Positions 60,089-64,000 of a stretch of 64,000 bases of DNA are shown in pieces. Both the position numbers and the translations under genes were made by a program. Source of the DNA: Candidatus Bathyarchaeota archaeon. Lineage in GTDB: Archaea > Thermoproteota > Bathyarchaeia > TCS64. The notes under the pieces were generated by a model. That model did not search any database. It was not told the DNA's origin and saw only the letters and a list, made by a program, of their open reading frames with translations. The DNA lies in the NCBI GenBank assembly GCA_963769425.1, contig CAVYLP010000001.1, positions 256,001-320,000 of the forward strand, written 5' to 3'. Position 1 is the first letter of the stretch; every line of letters starts with the position of its first letter.

Positions 60089-60529
60089 ATGCATTGGCGT
60101 TACCCATTGGACGCCTACCTAGCTGAGCTGGATAAAACCGGGATGTGCCTCATGATTTGGAAGGGGGGAGAGGTTGTCTTCAGCAGCCCGAGCAAGGGGA
60201 TTCGCCCCCACCTTGAAGCCATTGAGAGACTCGGCAAGGAGAAACTGGCTGGCTCGGTGATGGCGGATAAGATCGTGGGGAGGGCCGCTGCTTTACTGAT
60301 GCTTTACTCGGTTCCAATCGAGGTGCACGCGGGTGTCATCACAACGAAGGCGAAGGAGCTGCTGATGGTCAACGGGGTCAGGGTTTGTCCAGACGTGGAG
60401 GTCCCCGCGATCAAGGAGAAGGATGGGCGCATCTATTGCCCCTTCGAGGCGATGGTCCAGGGCATTACTGACCCCGAGGAAGCTTACCCGGCCATAGTCG
60501 CGAAGATGCGGGGAATGAATGGCTCTTAG
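60089..60529 (+). CDS. DUF1893 family protein
   Basis: GIRP, ADKIVGRAAA, CPFE. Confidence 0.85.
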   Translation: MHWRYPLDAYLAELDKTGMCLMIWKGGEVVFSSPSKGIRPHLEAIERLGKEKLAGSVMADKIVGRAAALLMLYSVPIEVHAGVITTKAKELLMVNGVRVCPDVEVPAIKEKDGRIYCPFEAMVQGITDPEEAYPAIVAKMRGMNGS

Positions 60530-60587
60530 TCAATAGATTTAAGAACGGTTTACGTGCAGTGTTTAGGATTCATCGCTGGTTCTTGCC

Positions 60588-61259
60588 ATGATGGACGAGG
60601 TTGAGAAGCTCGCCGAGGAGATTAGGGACAAGAAGCTTAGGGGGATGGTTCTCGAGCTTCTCAGGAAGCCGACCCTCGACCTTGACTACCCTTGTCTAAG
60701 CTTGGAGGAGTGTCCAGCGGGCGCGTTCCAGCACCACAGTTACAGCGGTGGGCTTCTCCAGCACACGATCGGCGTCACCAAGCTGAGCATCACGTTATGC
60801 GACCTCGTCGAGGGGGTCTACGGGGGGAAGGTTGACAGGGACACAGTCATCGCGGGGGCGCTCATCCACGACATCATGAAGACCTACACTTACGAGCCTC
60901 GGGGGGACGGGAGCTACATGAGCAGCCCACTGGGGGAGAAGGTCGACCACCTCACCCTCCTCGTCGCTGAGCTCTACAAGCGCGGCTTCCCCGTCGAGGT
61001 CATACACATCGCGGCTTCTCACCACGGTGACGTGAGCCCCGTCAAGCCCAAGACTATGGAGGCACTAATAGTGAGCATCGCGGACCTCGCCGACTCCGAG
61101 CTAAGCAGGAAGACGCTTCGGGCCGCCGAGTACCTCCTCAGGCAGATGGGGGAGAGCCAGCCGAAGCTCGGCTCCAGCAGAGAGGCGCTGGACCTCGTCC
61201 AGGCGAAGAGCAGGGAAGGCTGGGACGGCGTCAGGAAGCTCAGCAACGGAAAGAGCTGA
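60588..61259 (+). CDS. HD-domain protein (YhaM-like)
   Basis: HHSY.GGL..H, HD..K, SHHG, AD. Confidence 0.88.
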   Translation: MMDEVEKLAEEIRDKKLRGMVLELLRKPTLDLDYPCLSLEECPAGAFQHHSYSGGLLQHTIGVTKLSITLCDLVEGVYGGKVDRDTVIAGALIHDIMKTYTYEPRGDGSYMSSPLGEKVDHLTLLVAELYKRGFPVEVIHIAASHHGDVSPVKPKTMEALIVSIADLADSELSRKTLRAAEYLLRQMGESQPKLGSSREALDLVQAKSREGWDGVRKLSNGKS

Positions 61260-61357
61260 GCAACTCGTTTTCGGGTATAGAAATTATCGCCCCATATCCG
61301 CTGCTCAAGGCTAAAATACCTAGTTCCCCCTGACTCAGCGTAGTGAGTCGAACGGCG

Positions 61358-62380
61358 ATGAAGGTAGCGTTAATCGGCTTCGGCACCGTGGGCACAAACT
61401 TCGCTAGGGTCCTCCACGAGAAGAGGAGGATGCTCAAAGACAAGTACGGCTTCGAATGTGAAATCGTGGCGGTAAGTGATCTGCTTAGGGGATCTGTTCA
61501 CGACCCAAAGGGACTCGACATACCTGAGCTCCTCCGCCTCGTCAAGGAGACGAACAAGATTGAGGGCTACAAGGGCGGGACAAAGGGGCTCGACAGTATT
61601 AGGACTATTAAGGAGGTGGACGCCGACGTGGTCATCGAGGTCGCGTGGACGAACCTTGAGACTGGTGAGCCGGGGCTTACCCACATCAAGGAGGCGCTTA
61701 AGGCTAAGAGGCACGTCATCACGAGCAATAAGGGGCCCATCGCCCTCGCCTACCCGGAGCTGAAGCGGCTCGCCGACGAAAATGGTGTCCAGCTGAGATT
61801 CGAGTGCACCGTGATGAGTGGTACACCCACCATCATGTTGGGGATAGACGGCCTCGCGGGCCACGTCGTCAACGGTTTCCGTGGGATCCTCAACGGGACA
61901 ACGAACTATATACTCACGAATATGGAGAAGGGGGGCGCCTACTCGGACATCCTGAAGGAGGCTCAGAGGCTCGGATACGCGGAGGTTGAGCCTTCAGCCG
62001 ACGTCGAGGGGTGGGACGCCGTTGGGAAGACGGTCATCCTAGCTAACAGTGTCATGGGCGCGGAGCTCAGGCCCGGAGATGTTGAGAGGGAAGGTATCAC
62101 AAAGATCACGACTAAGGACATCGAGGCGGCGAAGAAGCAGGGGAAGAGGATCAAACTCATAGCCCACGCCTGGAGAGACGGCTCGAAGGTTAAGGCGAAG
62201 GTGTCACCCGAACTCGTGGAGCTTTCAGACCCACTCGCGAGCGTCTCGGGGACCACGAATGCACTCACATTCGAGACGGATGGCCTCGGGGCTGTAACGA
62301 TCATCGGTAAGGGGGCGGGCGGGATAGAGACTGGCCACGGTATCCTCACTGATCTACTAGCCATTCATAGGTCTCTCTGA
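61358..62380 (+). CDS. hom: Homoserine dehydrogenase
   Basis: GFGTVG, NKGP, GILNGTTNYIL, GYAE..P..DVEG.DA..K, GAGG.ET. Confidence 0.95.
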   Translation: MKVALIGFGTVGTNFARVLHEKRRMLKDKYGFECEIVAVSDLLRGSVHDPKGLDIPELLRLVKETNKIEGYKGGTKGLDSIRTIKEVDADVVIEVAWTNLETGEPGLTHIKEALKAKRHVITSNKGPIALAYPELKRLADENGVQLRFECTVMSGTPTIMLGIDGLAGHVVNGFRGILNGTTNYILTNMEKGGAYSDILKEAQRLGYAEVEPSADVEGWDAVGKTVILANSVMGAELRPGDVEREGITKITTKDIEAAKKQGKRIKLIAHAWRDGSKVKAKVSPELVELSDPLASVSGTTNALTFETDGLGAVTIIGKGAGGIETGHGILTDLLAIHRSL

Positions 62381-62410
62381 TTGGGGTCGAACAGGCACAT
62401 TCATTTATTA

Positions 62411-62598
62411 TTTGAGAGACTCCAAACTCAAATAGCATAAATTTGGTGGTTGTGAAAAGGAGCGTTTTTCAAGACTCTCCCGTAAGTGGTAGCATAGTAC
62501 AACGATTCCTAGCCTCAGCCTCTGATAGGTTCAGCCGTCGATGAATGTGAAAAAAGGAGTTGTTTTCAAGACTCCCTTGTACCAGTAGCATAGTATAA
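62411..62598. repeat. Degenerate triple repeat (~50-nt unit) with internal hairpin
   Basis: Copies at 62451-62502 and 62546-62598, partial copy at 62411-62439. Confidence 0.75.
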
Positions 62599-62704
62599 GC
62601 AAAAAAAATTGCATAATTTCTTAGATTTTTTATCTTGATTCTGCTGAGTGAATCGTGTTGTTGGAGTTATCGATAAGGCCTTAATTAGTAAACAATGTTG
62701 ACTT

Positions 62705-63649
62705 TTGTATATTCAAATGGATTGTCAGAGGGGCGGTTTGACTTCGTCTTCTTTTGATGCCGAGCAGAAGATACAATTCGACTCATCAGGGTTTGATGCT
62801 GCAGTTGCTTATCTTGAGGAAAAAAATCAGGAGACCCTCAAAGTACTAGTGGAAAGTCGAGGGGGTCGATTCGCTTACTCCCATTTTAGATGGTCTAACT
62901 TCGAATCACGTGAAACACCGGAGGAATTCTGGGTTAGGACCCTCGGAAAGATACTAAACGTGAGGGATGCGATTCATGACACCTCCAGAGTGAGGGACTA
63001 CATCCTAGCTCAGAGCCAGTCAGAATGGCTACCCGACGTCCTCGAGTACCTACCCGAAGGCCACAGATTCGATTCGACAATCCATCTAAACATCGGCTAC
63101 GACAACATCTCCTACGCGAAGGACGTCGCCCTCAACCTCAACAACCAATCCTTCCACGCCGACCCCAGAGAATCCATCTATTACCTCATGCACGAGCTAG
63201 CACACTCCGGGTACTTCAGCTACCACGCCGCCCCGAACTTATCCGGGCCGAGAACCTTCGCCGAGCTAGCAGCCAATGTGCGGTTCCTTACCCACCTTGA
63301 AGGAATGGGTGTGCTAACCCCCCTAAAGAAGAGGACCGAGGAGGGCGGGCTCGGGGATCCGGATTACCTCGCCTTGCTCAACCCAGTCGAAACGAGGAGG
63401 AGGCTCGATGCTTTCCTCGAGAAGCTCTCTTGGCTTGAGGAGGAGCCGGATCGTAAGGTTGTGAAAGATGACCTCAACGTTTACGACGAGTTGAGCCGAA
63501 AGCCACTGAGGCTTTGGTATGTGGCGGGGTGTGAGATAGCCCGCGTCATCGAGTCGGGAAGGGGACGAGGGACGCTGCGTGAGTTGGTGAGGGTGGGGGG
63601 CGACGAGTTCTTCGCCTCGTATCGGAGCATCTGCGCTGGATCTGCTTGA
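62705..63649 (+). CDS. Putative Zn-dependent protease (DUF5700-like); start uncertain
   Basis: HELAH, downstream EG, Y..G. Confidence 0.7.
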   Translation: MYIQMDCQRGGLTSSSFDAEQKIQFDSSGFDAAVAYLEEKNQETLKVLVESRGGRFAYSHFRWSNFESRETPEEFWVRTLGKILNVRDAIHDTSRVRDYILAQSQSEWLPDVLEYLPEGHRFDSTIHLNIGYDNISYAKDVALNLNNQSFHADPRESIYYLMHELAHSGYFSYHAAPNLSGPRTFAELAANVRFLTHLEGMGVLTPLKKRTEEGGLGDPDYLALLNPVETRRRLDAFLEKLSWLEEEPDRKVVKDDLNVYDELSRKPLRLWYVAGCEIARVIESGRGRGTLRELVRVGGDEFFASYRSICAGSA

Positions 63650-63693
63650 TCTGGGAAAGCTAATATTGGGGCTCTAATTGTTGCTATGTCTGG

Positions 63694-63779
63694 GCAGAGG
63701 TGCCAGAGCGGTTATTGGGCTAGTCTCGAAAACTAGTGGCCTTTGAGCCTCAAGGGTTCGAATCCCTTCCTCTGCGCCA
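63694..63779 (+). tRNA. tRNA-Ser(CGA), no intron, encoded CCA
   Basis: GCAGAGG/CCTCTGC acceptor stem, CTAGT-CTCGAAA-ACTAG anticodon arm, long variable arm, GGTTCGAATCC, G73. Confidence 0.95.
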
Positions 63780-64000
63780 CAGTCCCTTCCTTTAGGTATG
63801 ATGATTTGTTGAATATCTAAAGGAAAAGAGACTCGAAGAATCAACAATTGAAGCAAAGATTAAACTCGTCAAGCATCTAGCATCCAAATTCAATCTCTGG
63901 GATTCTGATTCAATCAGAAAATACATCTACGAATGCGAAGTGGGGTGGACGTAGGAAGAATAACGCGGGATACGCCTATCAGGATTGGTGCAAGTGGAAG

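Noticed and set aside
62411-62598. CRISPR array
   Set aside because: Units are ~50 nt, degenerate and unevenly spaced, only 2-3 copies, and there are no cas genes in the window.
246-63856. Numerous antisense/overlapping ORFs in the track (e.g. 1597-2238, 20690-21316, 25934-26740, 42737-43489, 63674-63856)
   Set aside because: Shadow ORFs of GC-rich real genes or of the tRNA, with no recognisable motifs.

Overview
Archaeal chromosomal segment, most consistent with Bathyarchaeia (inferred from eL38, arcTGT, Sm-like protein, MBF1, aNAC, aIF2-beta and F420-dependent Mtd together with Fhs/FolD). It holds about 60 genes: transporters, amino-acid/peptide catabolism, a korDABC operon followed by a TusA/DsrE/DsrEFH sulfur-relay cluster and hydantoinase A/B, housekeeping RNA/translation genes, and tRNA-Ser(CGA) near the right end. 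Five otherwise intact genes carry apparent single-base frameshifts (probably assembly indels), and two are genuine decayed pseudogenes (ppa and a D-cysteine desulfhydrase/ACC deaminase fragment). Best leads: (1) a three-subunit operon with the signatures of CoA-independent oxalate oxidoreductase, but with Asn at the catalytic Asp position, near both H4F and H4MPT C1 genes; (2) a lower-GC, cassette-like stretch at 55.5-60 kb with an exact 20-bp direct repeat and recurring CG-rich motifs flanking small genes; (3) a ~95-nt structured RNA candidate upstream of a beta-CASP nuclease gene; (4) a degenerate triple ~50-nt hairpin repeat after hom; (5) an orphan LuxE-like gene convergent with a radical SAM/SPASM gene. 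All calls come from motif recognition without database searches.
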